A DNA stretch of 64,000 nt, taken from the NCBI GenBank assembly GCA_002840305.1, contig PHAI01000003.1:134908-198907 (forward strand), read 5' to 3'. The translations under genes and the position numbers were made by a program. The stretch's first letter is position 1. Every line of letters starts with the position of its first letter. Of this stretch, positions 38,403 through 47,926 are shown piece after piece. This DNA is from Candidatus Falkowbacteria bacterium HGW-Falkowbacteria-1. GTDB lineage: Bacteria; Patescibacteriota; Patescibacteriia; Patescibacteriales; UBA12465. Below the pieces are notes generated by a model that did not search any database, had not been told where the DNA came from, and saw nothing but the letters and a program-made list of their open reading frames with translations.

Positions 38403-41106
38403 CTTTCTTGAATTTTCTTTTTAAAAACTTAAATAATTCCATGGACCACAAGATTGAAGAAGCTATCAAAAACAAATAAAACCATTCCTCTAATGACACC
38501 GGTCTCGTCTGCAAAGCTCTTTGCAGAAAGGGATTATAGGTCGCAAAAATGTGCAGACTTTGGGCGGCTAAGATTCCAAAAAATACGACCAAGTTTTTTT
38601 TAATAGCAATTTTAAAAGTAGAGCTTATTTCCGATCGACAATTTAAAACGTGTAGATTCTGAAACAAGACCATCAGCATCAAAAGGAAATTTCTAGCGGC
38701 GCCTTCTTCCCACTTCAAAATATTTAATAAATAATACCAGACCAAAAAACTAATCAGGCCCATGACCAAACCAGAAATAATTGTTTGTTGGGTCATTAAT
38801 TTATTAAAAATTCCTTCTTTTGGCGATCTTGGTGGTCTTTCCATTGCGCCTTCTTCTCCAGCCTCAAAAGACAAGGATATATCTTGTATTCCATTAGTTA
38901 CAATATTAATCCATAACAATTGTGCCGCAAAAAAGGGCAATGGCATACCAAAAATTATAGCTACTAAAAATATTAATATTTCGGCAACTCCACTGGAAAT
39001 CACAAAATAAATAACTTTACGAATATTATCGTAAGCGAATCTTCCTTCTTCTACTCCGCCAACTATAGACGAAAAATTGTCATCAAATATAATCATAGTT
39101 GAGGTTTCCTTAGCAACATCAGTTCCGGACCCCATCGCAACGCCAATATTAGCCTGTTTTAAGGCGGGAGCATCATTAACACCGTCTCCAGTAACGGCCA
39201 CAAAATGACCACTATTAACCAAGGCTTTTACTATCTTTAATTTCTGTAGCGGAGAAACACCAGCGAAAACACTAAGACCAGAAACCCTATCCAAGAATTG
39301 TGGCGTTATCTCAAGATTATCATCCCCTAACTTATCTCCAGTTACAACATCTTCTTTTGAATAAGCAATTCCTAATTCTTTAGCAATAAACAAGGCGGTG
39401 GCAGGATGATCTCCTGTCACCATAACGACTTTTATACCAGCGCTTTTACATTTTTCAACGGCCTGCTTAGAGCTTTTTCTGAGAGGGTCAATAAAACAAA
39501 TCAAAGACAAAAAATTCAAGTCCTTTATTTTTTTTTCATCAAATGTTTTTGAACTTTCTCCATTAAAATTAAATTCTCCGCAAGCAAGTGCTAACACTCT
39601 ATATCCCATAGAAGCCAGATTCTCTCCTTCTTTCTTTATTTTATTTTTGTCTATAACACTTGAATTTTCATATGAACCAATTTTGGAACAAAAATCTAAA
39701 ACTTTATTAACCGATCCCTTCACAGCAATCTTAGTAACCCCGGAATCTTTCTCCTTATAAATTTTGGCCGAATATTTTTTTTCTGATTCATAAGAAATTC
39801 CTAAAAGATGTTCAACTGAACTATTTATTTCCTCAAAATCAAAACCAGCCTTATACGCCATAGATAAAAAGGCCACGTCCATAGAGTCGCCATGATGATG
39901 CCAAACCTTTTTTGACTTCCATAGTTTGCCCTCGTTGGCCAAGATAGAATTTTTAACAGTTTCAAGTATTTCTTTTTTTGTTTCTTTGCTAAAAGTTTCT
40001 TCATCGGATAGAGAGCCGACACCATTATATCCTTGCCCCGAAATATTTATTTTTTTGCCCGAAGACAAATAGATTAATTTAGCTGTTTGTTGATTAACGG
40101 TAAGAGTTCCTGTTTTGTCGCTAGCAATCATAGTACAACTGCCCAAGCCCTCAACGGCAGTAAGCTTTCTGACGATAACATTTCTTTTTGACATTCTAGT
40201 AGTCGCCACTGACAAAGCAACCGTTAAGGCAACCGGTAACCCTTCGGGAATAGCAGACACCGCTAAGGCAACCACTAAAAAAAAGATTTCTCTGGGATCC
40301 ATTCCCTTGTTTATGGCTATAACTGCCAATAAAACACACAAAAATAAAATTACAAAAGAGATTTTTTTGGTAAAATTTTCCATTCTAATAATAAGGGGCG
40401 GTTTTGTATCTTGAGAAGATGAGATTATATTTGCAATTTGGCCAACCTCTGTATTTAAACCGGTCTCGACCACTATTCCCCAGGCTCTACCAGATATAAC
40501 CGAAGCCCCAGCATATACCATGTTCGTCCGCTTGTTTAAACCAGTGTCCTTTTTCAGGGTTTCAATATTCTTCTCTATTGGTCTGGACTCTCCAGTTAGA
40601 AAGGACTCATCTACTAATAAACTTTTTAAACTTAGCAACCTCAAGTCGGCCGGCACTTTCACTCCCGATTCTAAAAAAACAATATCTCCAACAACCAACT
40701 CTTCTGCGTCAACATTCTTTTCGATGCCATGTCTCTTTACCCTGGCGCTTATTTTAAGAAAATTTTGAAGTGCCGCCGCGCTTCTTTCCGCCTTATTTTC
40801 CTGCCAAGTCCCTAATATAGCATTAAAAAATATAGCCCCAAAGATAAAAGAAGCATCAGTAAGCTCTTTTAAAAATAAAGATATCGAACCGGCAAATATT
40901 AAAATATAAATTAACGGATTCAAAAACTGATGAATAAAAATAATAAAAATACTTGGAATTTTTTTTCCCGGTAATTTATTTAGCCCAAATTCTTCTTGTC
41001 TTAAAAAAACTTCTTGTGAATTAAGTCCTGACTCAGAAGAATTTACTTCTTTAAAAACATCCACAAGATTCAAAGCGTGCCAATTTATCTTTTTTTTATC
41101 TTCCAT
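38383..41106 (-). CDS. Cation-transporting P-type ATPase (P2A-like)
   Basis: LTGES, PEGL, DKTGTLT, TGDH, TGDGVNDAPAL. Confidence 0.96.
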   Translation of the reverse strand: MEDKKKINWHALNLVDVFKEVNSSESGLNSQEVFLRQEEFGLNKLPGKKIPSIFIIFIHQFLNPLIYILIFAGSISLFLKELTDASFIFGAIFFNAILGTWQENKAERSAAALQNFLKISARVKRHGIEKNVDAEELVVGDIVFLESGVKVPADLRLLSLKSLLVDESFLTGESRPIEKNIETLKKDTGLNKRTNMVYAGASVISGRAWGIVVETGLNTEVGQIANIISSSQDTKPPLIIRMENFTKKISFVILFLCVLLAVIAINKGMDPREIFFLVVALAVSAIPEGLPVALTVALSVATTRMSKRNVIVRKLTAVEGLGSCTMIASDKTGTLTVNQQTAKLIYLSSGKKINISGQGYNGVGSLSDEETFSKETKKEILETVKNSILANEGKLWKSKKVWHHHGDSMDVAFLSMAYKAGFDFEEINSSVEHLLGISYESEKKYSAKIYKEKDSGVTKIAVKGSVNKVLDFCSKIGSYENSSVIDKNKIKKEGENLASMGYRVLALACGEFNFNGESSKTFDEKKIKDLNFLSLICFIDPLRKSSKQAVEKCKSAGIKVVMVTGDHPATALFIAKELGIAYSKEDVVTGDKLGDDNLEITPQFLDRVSGLSVFAGVSPLQKLKIVKALVNSGHFVAVTGDGVNDAPALKQANIGVAMGSGTDVAKETSTMIIFDDNFSSIVGGVEEGRFAYDNIRKVIYFVISSGVAEILIFLVAIIFGMPLPFFAAQLLWINIVTNGIQDISLSFEAGEEGAMERPPRSPKEGIFNKLMTQQTIISGLVMGLISFLVWYYLLNILKWEEGAARNFLLMLMVLFQNLHVLNCRSEISSTFKIAIKKNLVVFFGILAAQSLHIFATYNPFLQRALQTRPVSLEEWFYLFLIASSILWSMELFKFLKRKFKKDDSKIV

Positions 41107-41141
41107 AATTTATATAATTTAAAATAGTAACACTAAAAAAT

Positions 41142-42842
41142 TTAGGTTTCACTCACAAAGTAATTTTCTTGTATATACTGCTGAAGCATTCTTTCTGTAT
41201 TAAAAAAGGAAGCATTAATAGCAATGGTATGTTGCATCGTTTCTTGCCACTTCCTTGGATTTCCATAATAACGAGGTAAAATATTTTTCTCTAAATTATA
41301 ATACAGACTTTCGGCGTCCTTTTTGTTCAATTCAATCAAATTTGTTCCGTTTCTTTTTTTGCCTATAGCCCAGCCAGTTTTATCCTTTATATACCCTTCT
41401 ATCCACCAACCATCCAAGGTACTAAAATGAGGCACCCCATTATGAGCCGCCTTCATTCCGCTAGTACCAGAAGCTTCGTTGGGCGGGAGAGGCGTGTTTA
41501 GCCAAACATCAACACCAGAAATCATTAGTTTGGCCAGTTTCATTTCATATCCCTCTAAAAACACAATCTTTATCTCACTCTTATATTTATCTTTTATTCT
41601 AAAAATTTCTTTTATCAAATTTTTACCATCATCATCGTTCGGATGCGCTTTGCCGGCATAGATAATTTGAATCTCTCCAACGTTTTTATGTATATGTAGA
41701 AGTTTTTTTATATCCTGAAAAAGAAGATTTGATCTTTTATAACCAGTAAACCTCCTAGCGAAACCAATTGTGAAAACATTTTGCTCTAGCCTTACCTTTT
41801 GTTTTTTGTAAATATAATCTAGCAAGGCTTTTTTTGACTTCTGATGAGCCTGCCAAATAGTAGACAGGGGAATATTGAAAGCATTTCTAAGAGATAAGTT
41901 TGAATTTCTCCAATTAGGAATATACTTATCATAAATTTTGGCAAAAGCGGGAGACGTCCATGTTTCTGAATGAACCCCATTAGTAATAGCATGAATAGGA
42001 TAATTTGGAAACATTTTATTGGAAACCTTCTGATGGCTGAGTGCAACGCCATTTATGAAGTTACTAAAATAAAGCCCTATTTTAGTCATGTTCACCTTTT
42101 TATCTTTGTCTACTAAGCTTTTTAATTTATAAGGAAAATCTTTTTGGTATTCAAGTATAAATTCTAAGGGAAAAACATCGTGCCCAGCAAAAACGGGCGT
42201 ATGAGTTGTAAAAACACATTTTCGACGAACCTCATCCAGTTTGTCAGCCGTGTTTTTTTCTTTAGAATTCAGAAACAACTCAATTGCAGCCAAACTTCCA
42301 TGCCCCTCATTAATATGAAATTTTTTTATATATCTATGTTTCAATGATTGCAAAATTTTAATTCCAGCTCTTCCTAAAATTATCTCCTGCATTAAACGAT
42401 AATCCTTTCCTGGGCCATATAATTGTCCTGTAAGGCTAGAATATTTTGGTAAGTTTCCTAAAATATTAGTATCCAATAAATAAACAGGAACCAAATACTC
42501 CCCCTGGCCCTGTATTAAATATTCCCAAACCCCAACAGAAACATCGTCTCTCCCTATTTTTACTTTTACTTGATTTGGCAGTTTCTTTAGTTTGGAAAAG
42601 TCATAATTTGACACCAGCTCTTCTTGATCTCCTTTGTCATTAATTTTTTGTTTAAAATAACCAAGGTTATTTAATAATGTAACTCCCAACATTGGCAATC
42701 CCAGGTCAGCCGCCGACCGTAACGTATCCCCAGCTAAAACTCCTAGACCTCCAGCATAAGTTTTTATACCATTTTCCAAGGCTATTTCCATACTAAAATA
42801 AGCGACTTTGTATTTTCCTTTTTTTGATGATAAGTTTTTCAT
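41142..42842 (-). CDS. glgP: Alpha-glucan phosphorylase
   Basis: YFSMEI, YAGGLGVLAGD, HINEGH, FARRF..YKR, EASGTSGMKA. Confidence 0.93.
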   Translation of the reverse strand: MKNLSSKKGKYKVAYFSMEIALENGIKTYAGGLGVLAGDTLRSAADLGLPMLGVTLLNNLGYFKQKINDKGDQEELVSNYDFSKLKKLPNQVKVKIGRDDVSVGVWEYLIQGQGEYLVPVYLLDTNILGNLPKYSSLTGQLYGPGKDYRLMQEIILGRAGIKILQSLKHRYIKKFHINEGHGSLAAIELFLNSKEKNTADKLDEVRRKCVFTTHTPVFAGHDVFPLEFILEYQKDFPYKLKSLVDKDKKVNMTKIGLYFSNFINGVALSHQKVSNKMFPNYPIHAITNGVHSETWTSPAFAKIYDKYIPNWRNSNLSLRNAFNIPLSTIWQAHQKSKKALLDYIYKKQKVRLEQNVFTIGFARRFTGYKRSNLLFQDIKKLLHIHKNVGEIQIIYAGKAHPNDDDGKNLIKEIFRIKDKYKSEIKIVFLEGYEMKLAKLMISGVDVWLNTPLPPNEASGTSGMKAAHNGVPHFSTLDGWWIEGYIKDKTGWAIGKKRNGTNLIELNKKDAESLYYNLEKNILPRYYGNPRKWQETMQHTIAINASFFNTERMLQQYIQENYFVSET

Positions 42843-42944
42843 AACAAATTATATAAATTAAATAATAATTTATTTATTTCTATTTTATTCAGTAATCTTA
42901 TCATAATTTTATCTTTTTTAAAAATTTTGCTACGATATAAACAT

Positions 42945-43646
42945 ATGATGAGCGGTATAATAAAAAAGACCTTAAGCGAAAAAGAAGAGGTAAAAAAATA
43001 TTTTTCTGTTTGTAATAGATACATAAAGATTAGAATAGTAGCCGTTTTCCTAAAATGGTTGATTATTTTTGCTGTAATTTCCATTATTCTATTTTTTATT
43101 GACCAAACCCAAGTTTTTGCTATTCCCGAAACAAAAAAAATAATAAACGATCAGGCAGGTCTCTTTTCTGAAAGTCACGACAAATACGGAATAGAAAATA
43201 GTGTCTTAAATTTTTCCCTAATTGACACCAACGAAATAAGCAATTGGATCTTAAACGCATGGATAATATTAGCCTTAATCTTTTTTTTAATAATAGTCCC
43301 TTTTATAATATTTTATAATATTTTCTATATTAGAATATCCAATGAGTTTGTTTTTACCGATCAAAGAATAATAGTAAAGAGAGGCTGGATAGAAACCAAT
43401 GTCAAAACCATTTATTATAATAGAATAACCGATATAAGCGTAAGTCAGTCATTACTAGAAAGAATTATAAAAAGTGGGACTATGTCAATTAGCACTGCCG
43501 GAAGTGACGGCTATGAGGTTGTTTTATGGCACATAGACAAGCCATACGAATTGAAAAAACTTTTATACGATGTAAAAATGACAAACCAAGAAAAGTATCC
43601 CTCTCAATATAATGAAATTAAACAAAAAAACGAAGATGGTGAATAA
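42945..43646 (+). CDS. Membrane protein with bacterial PH domain
   Basis: Two TMs, then FTDQRIIVKRG..ITDISVSQSLLERI..GT...TAG. Confidence 0.8.
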   Translation: MMSGIIKKTLSEKEEVKKYFSVCNRYIKIRIVAVFLKWLIIFAVISIILFFIDQTQVFAIPETKKIINDQAGLFSESHDKYGIENSVLNFSLIDTNEISNWILNAWIILALIFFLIIVPFIIFYNIFYIRISNEFVFTDQRIIVKRGWIETNVKTIYYNRITDISVSQSLLERIIKSGTMSISTAGSDGYEVVLWHIDKPYELKKLLYDVKMTNQEKYPSQYNEIKQKNEDGE

Positions 43647-44325
43647 TAATTTTGGATTTATTCTAATAAACAAAATAGAAGGACCGACTTCTCATACCAT
43701 AGTAAACCAATTAAGAAGAATAACCTGCATAAAAAAAATCGGCCATGCCGGAACATTGGACCCCTTCGCAGAAGGACTAATGATTGTAGCTATCGGCAGA
43801 CAAGCAACAAAAAATATTATCAACTTCGTAAAACTTGATAAAAAATATGAAGCTGAAGTATTCTTGGGAATCAAAACCGACACCTACGATAAATGTGGAA
43901 AAATCATAAACGAATATGAAGGGCCAAAAATAAAAAAAACCAACTTAATTTTAGCTCTTAAAAATTTGACGGAAAAAACAACTCAGACTCCTCCCATGTA
44001 CAGCGCCAAAAAAATAAACGGGAAAAAACTTTATGAATTGGCCAGAAAAAATATAGAGATAGAAAGGCCTCCGCAAAAAATAAAAATATTCTATATAAAA
44101 TTAAAAAAATACAATTGGCCCAAAGCTAAAATAGAGGTTCATTGCTCAAGTGGAACATATATTAGAACTATCGCCAATGATTTAGGAAAAGACCTAAAGT
44201 GTGGAGCCCATTTAAGTCAATTAAAAAGAACAAAAATAGGAAAATATGAATTAAAAAAATCCATAAAAATAGAGAAATTAAATAAAGATAATTGGAAAAA
44301 ACGCTTATTTTATTTAGAAAACTAA
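43636..44325 (+). CDS. truB: tRNA pseudouridine(55) synthase
   Basis: KIGHAGTLDPFA.G, PPMYSAKK.NGKKLYELAR, CSSGTYIR. Confidence 0.96.
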   Translation: MVNNNFGFILINKIEGPTSHTIVNQLRRITCIKKIGHAGTLDPFAEGLMIVAIGRQATKNIINFVKLDKKYEAEVFLGIKTDTYDKCGKIINEYEGPKIKKTNLILALKNLTEKTTQTPPMYSAKKINGKKLYELARKNIEIERPPQKIKIFYIKLKKYNWPKAKIEVHCSSGTYIRTIANDLGKDLKCGAHLSQLKRTKIGKYELKKSIKIEKLNKDNWKKRLFYLEN

Positions 44326-44332
44326 AAAAATA

Positions 44333-44361
44333 TTGACAAAATTATTTAAATATGATATAAA
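44333..44361 (+). promoter_or_regulatory. Sigma70-type promoter
   Basis: TTGACA-N17-TATAAA with TGn extension. Confidence 0.7.
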
Positions 44362-44413
44362 ACAAAGATAGATTAACGCTTTTGTTATCTATATTAAAAT
44401 TAATAAAAAAAAT

Positions 44414-45274
44414 ATGGGATTTGAATTAGGAGACGTTCTTGGTCCAAAATTAAAAGGAAAAGATAAGGAAAAAAGTAATTGGCAGGAATCATCTGCACAA
44501 AGAGACTTAAAAAAAATGATGGAGGATCCAAACTATGACCCAATTAATGAAAAAAGCTACTCCCATCATAAATTATTTGGTTATTTCAAAGAAAGCCCTG
44601 AAAAAAAATATTCAAACGCAAACTTAGACACTTTCACAAACGAAGACAGTTTTAGTGAATTTGTTCTCGAAAAAGAAGTAGAAGATCAAGAGAAAAACAG
44701 CTTTGAAGACGAAAACATCCAGGAGCATTGGTCAAAAAAAGTACAAGAAATGAAAAAAACAGAAATGAAAGAAGAGAAAGAATATTACAAAAACCTACCA
44801 GAATATTCAGATTTTGAAAAAAAAGAAATGATAAACGCTCTAGAAAATTGGCTAAACAAACGCTGTAGCCATTTTGCTGACGGTCAAAAAATGACACTGG
44901 AACAAACATTAGAAATGGTGAACGAGTTTAAGGATAATTTTCCGGAAGAATTTTCAAAAATGATTCACAGAAAAATAGTGACAAAAGAACTAGGTCAATT
45001 TAATTGGGAAGAAGAATCATATAACGGAAAAAGGTCAATTGTTAGCTACTACCCAAGCAAAGAAAAACCGTTCATAAAATATATAAACAACGACGTTGAC
45101 TTCAAAAATTTAGACAAGGTTTTTGTAAGCGGTGCAATCGGAGGAAACGGAAAAACAATCAAAAACAAAAATGGCTGTATATTAGTTTTCTGTTCAGCCC
45201 CACTATATTACAAAGAAAAAGCATCAAACAAGAAAACAGGCCCAATACTTAAAAGCCAAAAACAAACAATATAA
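44414..45274 (+). CDS. Hypothetical protein
   Basis: 286-aa ORF with its own promoter and terminator; no motif recognised. Confidence 0.75.
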   Translation: MGFELGDVLGPKLKGKDKEKSNWQESSAQRDLKKMMEDPNYDPINEKSYSHHKLFGYFKESPEKKYSNANLDTFTNEDSFSEFVLEKEVEDQEKNSFEDENIQEHWSKKVQEMKKTEMKEEKEYYKNLPEYSDFEKKEMINALENWLNKRCSHFADGQKMTLEQTLEMVNEFKDNFPEEFSKMIHRKIVTKELGQFNWEEESYNGKRSIVSYYPSKEKPFIKYINNDVDFKNLDKVFVSGAIGGNGKTIKNKNGCILVFCSAPLYYKEKASNKKTGPILKSQKQTI

Positions 45275-45292
45275 ACAAAAATTCTAAATAAA

Positions 45293-45361
45293 CAAAAAGG
45301 AAGGTCCAAAAAACCTTCTTTTTTGTAAATAAAAAATCCCGACTTATTTAAGTGCGGGATT
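45293..45361. terminator. Back-to-back terminators for convergent genes
   Basis: AAAAAGGAAGG..CCTTCTTTTT and AATCCCG.ACTTA..TAAGTGCGGGATT. Confidence 0.75.
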
Positions 45362-45378
45362 GTAAAATCAAAACTTAA

Positions 45379-45834
45379 TTACTCACAAGCGAATAGAAAC
45401 AAACAACTTTCATTATATTGAACGCAAGGCCCACTGTTTACCGCCTCCAAATTTAACTTGTCAGAAGAACCTTTTCGAATCTCCAGCAAATAATCATTAG
45501 TAACACCGAGCCATGATGTAAAAGGCACTGGTTCGATACCTAAAGTACACTTAAAATTAAGCTCGGCACCCACTACGTCATAAGGACAAGCTCTCAAGCC
45601 CATCGCTCTAGCCTGCAAGCTTATATCTTTAAAAACAAAGAATCCCCCCTTTAGGCCAAGATCGGCTAAAGACAATCGAACTAACCTCAAAGATACTTTC
45701 TTCTCGGTTATTTTAAAATTATCTGACTTTAATATTCTTTTAGCAGTATCGCCAATCTGCATTCTTCCCTTTATTTTTTCTCCAATTTCTTCCTTGGATT
45801 TTCCTCCGATAATCACCTCTATAAAGTCCTTCAT
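45379..45834 (-). CDS. Hypothetical protein (cassette 1)
   Basis: LVRLSLADLG...A...GL..CP motif; own promoter and terminator. Confidence 0.75.
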   Translation of the reverse strand: MKDFIEVIIGGKSKEEIGEKIKGRMQIGDTAKRILKSDNFKITEKKVSLRLVRLSLADLGLKGGFFVFKDISLQARAMGLRACPYDVVGAELNFKCTLGIEPVPFTSWLGVTNDYLLEIRKGSSDKLNLEAVNSGPCVQYNESCLFLFACE

Positions 45835-45947
45835 TTTAAGTTATTTTAGTTATACATTAGATTAATTATTAAAGCTACTGGTATTAATAGGTTTAATAAT
45901 TAACCCAACTTTAACCTCTTTATGAAAGTTCTATACTATAACAAAAA

Positions 45948-45976
45948 AGTATATCATTTAGACATACTTTTGTCAA
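45948..45976 (-). promoter_or_regulatory. Sigma70 promoter of cassette 1
   Basis: TTGACA-N17-TATACT with TGn extension. Confidence 0.8.
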
Positions 45977-45979
45977 GCT

Positions 45980-46030
45980 GGGTGGCTAACCGCAAAAATG
46001 GAAAACTTTTTTGGTGGAATATTTGATAAA
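45980..46030. repeat. Repeat B copy 1
   Basis: GGGTGGCTAACCGCAAAAATGGAAAACTTTTTTGGTGGAATATTTGATAAA; aligns to 46558-46609. Confidence 0.85.
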
Positions 46031-46037
46031 TTGATAT

Positions 46038-46068
46038 AAAAAAAGACCCGTGACGTTATCGCGGGTCT
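46038..46068 (-). terminator. Terminator of cassette 2
   Basis: AAAAAAAGACCCGTGA..TCGCGGGTCT. Confidence 0.8.
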
Positions 46069-46090
46069 GCAATTTTTGATTTACTAAAAT

Positions 46091-46399
46091 TTAAAATTTG
46101 ACTGAACCAGCAACCTTTACGTGTCCGCCGCCATATCCGACTTTATAACTAGCAAATCCGATTAACATAACTTCATTATTTTCAACAGACGCTTCAATAG
46201 AGTCAACAAATAATTCTACGTTTTTATCACCATCTGTTAAAAATAGTTTTGTTTTATTGCAAATGGCACTAAAAAATAACATTTTACAAACATCGCTATC
46301 AACAATTGTGTTAACACTGTTGGTCAGCAAACTTTTTTTGCCTAAAAATCTTAAAAAGGCAGAAGCTCCTCTTCCTTTTGGTTTTAAAACAATTTCCAT
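46091..46399 (-). CDS. Hypothetical protein (cassette 2)
   Basis: 102-aa ORF with its own promoter and terminator. Confidence 0.7.
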   Translation of the reverse strand: MEIVLKPKGRGASAFLRFLGKKSLLTNSVNTIVDSDVCKMLFFSAICNKTKLFLTDGDKNVELFVDSIEASVENNEVMLIGFASYKVGYGGGHVKVAGSVKF

Positions 46400-46420
46400 A
46401 GTTCCTATTTTTTAGTTAAT

Positions 46421-46473
46421 ATTTCAATGAGCTAATAACAAATGATTTTACTACAAATCTATTGATTTGTCAA
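46421..46473 (-). promoter_or_regulatory. Sigma70 promoter plus boxA-like motif of cassette 2
   Basis: TTGACA-N17-TAAAAT, then GCTCATTGAAAT. Confidence 0.75.
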
Positions 46474-46561
46474 TTAGTTTTCATTCCCTCTAGGGGTGGG
46501 CTAGTTATAATAAAAAAAATACCCCATTTTATTGGGATGTTTTTAATTCACTTCTAGGGGT
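46466..46561. repeat. Repeat A copy 1
   Basis: About 96 bp; first 26 bp identical to 47202-47227, remainder clearly alignable. Confidence 0.9.
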
Positions 46562-46609
46562 AGCTAATCGCAAAACTTGGAAAACTTTTTTGACGGATTG
46601 TTTAACAAA
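46558..46609. repeat. Repeat B copy 2
   Basis: GGGTAGCTAATCGCAAAACTTGGAAAACTTTTTTGACGGATTGTTTAACAAA; 15-bp core TGGAAAACTTTTTTG identical to copy 1. Confidence 0.85.
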
Positions 46610-46688
46610 AGATAGCGATTAAACAATTATATCAATATTTTATATTAAACTGGTGATTAAATCAAAATCTATGAAGAACTAATTATAT

Positions 46689-46717
46689 AAAAAAAGCGCA
46701 TGTTTTTGCATACGCTT
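46689..46717 (-). terminator. Terminator of cassette 3
   Basis: AAAAAAAGCGCATG...CATACGCTT. Confidence 0.7.
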
Positions 46718-46735
46718 ATTCGTCCGCCACAATTC

Positions 46736-47134
46736 TTACCATAAACTGTGGAATGGAGATAATGCCAAAAAAACATTCCTGAATTCTTTAGTAATAATTT
46801 TAGTTATAATTCCGCTCCTCGATGATTTTATTGAGGCGAGCATTATTACCCAAAAAAACAAAGAAAAGCTTACTGAATATTCTGGCGAAAAAAAATAAAA
46901 TAATAAGGACACCACCGCTGGTAAAAGTCCATACAATGCGATTCCTAAATCAGAAGTGTAGTAGAAATTCCTCATATCTACCAAATAATATCTGATATCT
47001 TTCGCCACAAAAATAACTGGGGGCGCCAAAATTATAAACGAAATAACAACAAATATTGTTCCTTCAATTTTTAAGTGAAAAATAACTGAGAGAATTAACG
47101 CTACCCAGGTAAAAAATAAAATAACATTTTTCAT
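46736..47134 (-). CDS. Hypothetical four-TM protein (cassette 3)
   Basis: Four hydrophobic segments; start moved to ATG 47134 (the track start lies inside the -35 box). Confidence 0.7.
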   Translation of the reverse strand: MKNVILFFTWVALILSVIFHLKIEGTIFVVISFIILAPPVIFVAKDIRYYLVDMRNFYYTSDLGIALYGLLPAVVSLLFYFFSPEYSVSFSLFFWVIMLASIKSSRSGIITKIITKEFRNVFLALSPFHSLW

Positions 47135-47159
47135 GGTTATATGTTTTTTGATTATTAAT

Positions 47160-47209
47160 ATTTCAATGAACTGTAAACATATTATATCATAATTATGATT
47201 TTTTGTCAA
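47160..47209 (-). promoter_or_regulatory. Sigma70 promoter plus boxA-like motif of cassette 3
   Basis: TTGACA-N17-TATAAT with TGn extension, then GTTCATTGAAAT. Confidence 0.8.
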
Positions 47210-47297
47210 TTAGTTTTCATTCCCTCTGGGGGGCGCTATAAATATAACAAAAAAATACCCCTTTTTATTGGGATATTTTTTATTTTCTTCAAGGGGT
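47202..47297. repeat. Repeat A copy 2
   Basis: Aligns to 46466-46561. Confidence 0.9.
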
Positions 47298-47617
47298 CAG
47301 GCACTGTCGGGTCTTATAACAGTGCTCGAGGATAAAGAGTATATGGTTACTTTACGGGAAAAAATGAATAATATCAAGAAAGTTGCCAAGTTTTACAACT
47401 ACGACCTCCTCCTAGCCAAAAAGTAAAACGTTATTGCCCCGTGTCTGCCCTTGGGGCAAGTTTTGTCCCCAGGGTAGACCTTTGACACCTCCTGCGACAT
47501 GACCCAGCGGTTTGACGAAATTTGAGAGCTTGGGACGATTTGCTTAACTTCGGAAAAGTTAAGCAAATATGACTCCGCTAGACTTGTTCCCCGGGCAAGC
47601 GTATGTTCTTGCTTGCT

Positions 47618-47926
47618 ATGGAGGACGATGACATTGAAGCGATCCTTGCGACCGCCAAAAACATAAGAATGCCACATCGACGCGGATCATTTAATCCGTT
47701 ATCTTCTCTTCCGGAACCGAAAGCCACGATCAAACAAGCAATCAAGGAACGAATCAGACTCTTGGCTGGTGCTTATATCTCACTGGCCGGATTTGTGGAG
47801 GATGACGATATCCGGTTTGCCGGGGATAATCCTAAGTCAAAGAAAACACGAGCGATATATCTCAAAGTGCTCGAGGATATGGAAACGGCCAAGAAAGAGA
47901 TGCGGGAGTTTAAGATTTTAGATTAA
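47618..47926 (+). CDS. Hypothetical protein
   Basis: About 100-aa helical ORF; start uncertain (47603 or 47618). Confidence 0.6.
   Translation: MEDDDIEAILATAKNIRMPHRRGSFNPLSSLPEPKATIKQAIKERIRLLAGAYISLAGFVEDDDIRFAGDNPKSKKTRAIYLKVLEDMETAKKEMREFKILD

Noticed and set aside
45331..47300. Classical integron
   Set aside because: No tyrosine integrase in the window, I could not identify attC-type RYYYAAC...GTTRRRY ends, and each gene has its own promoter
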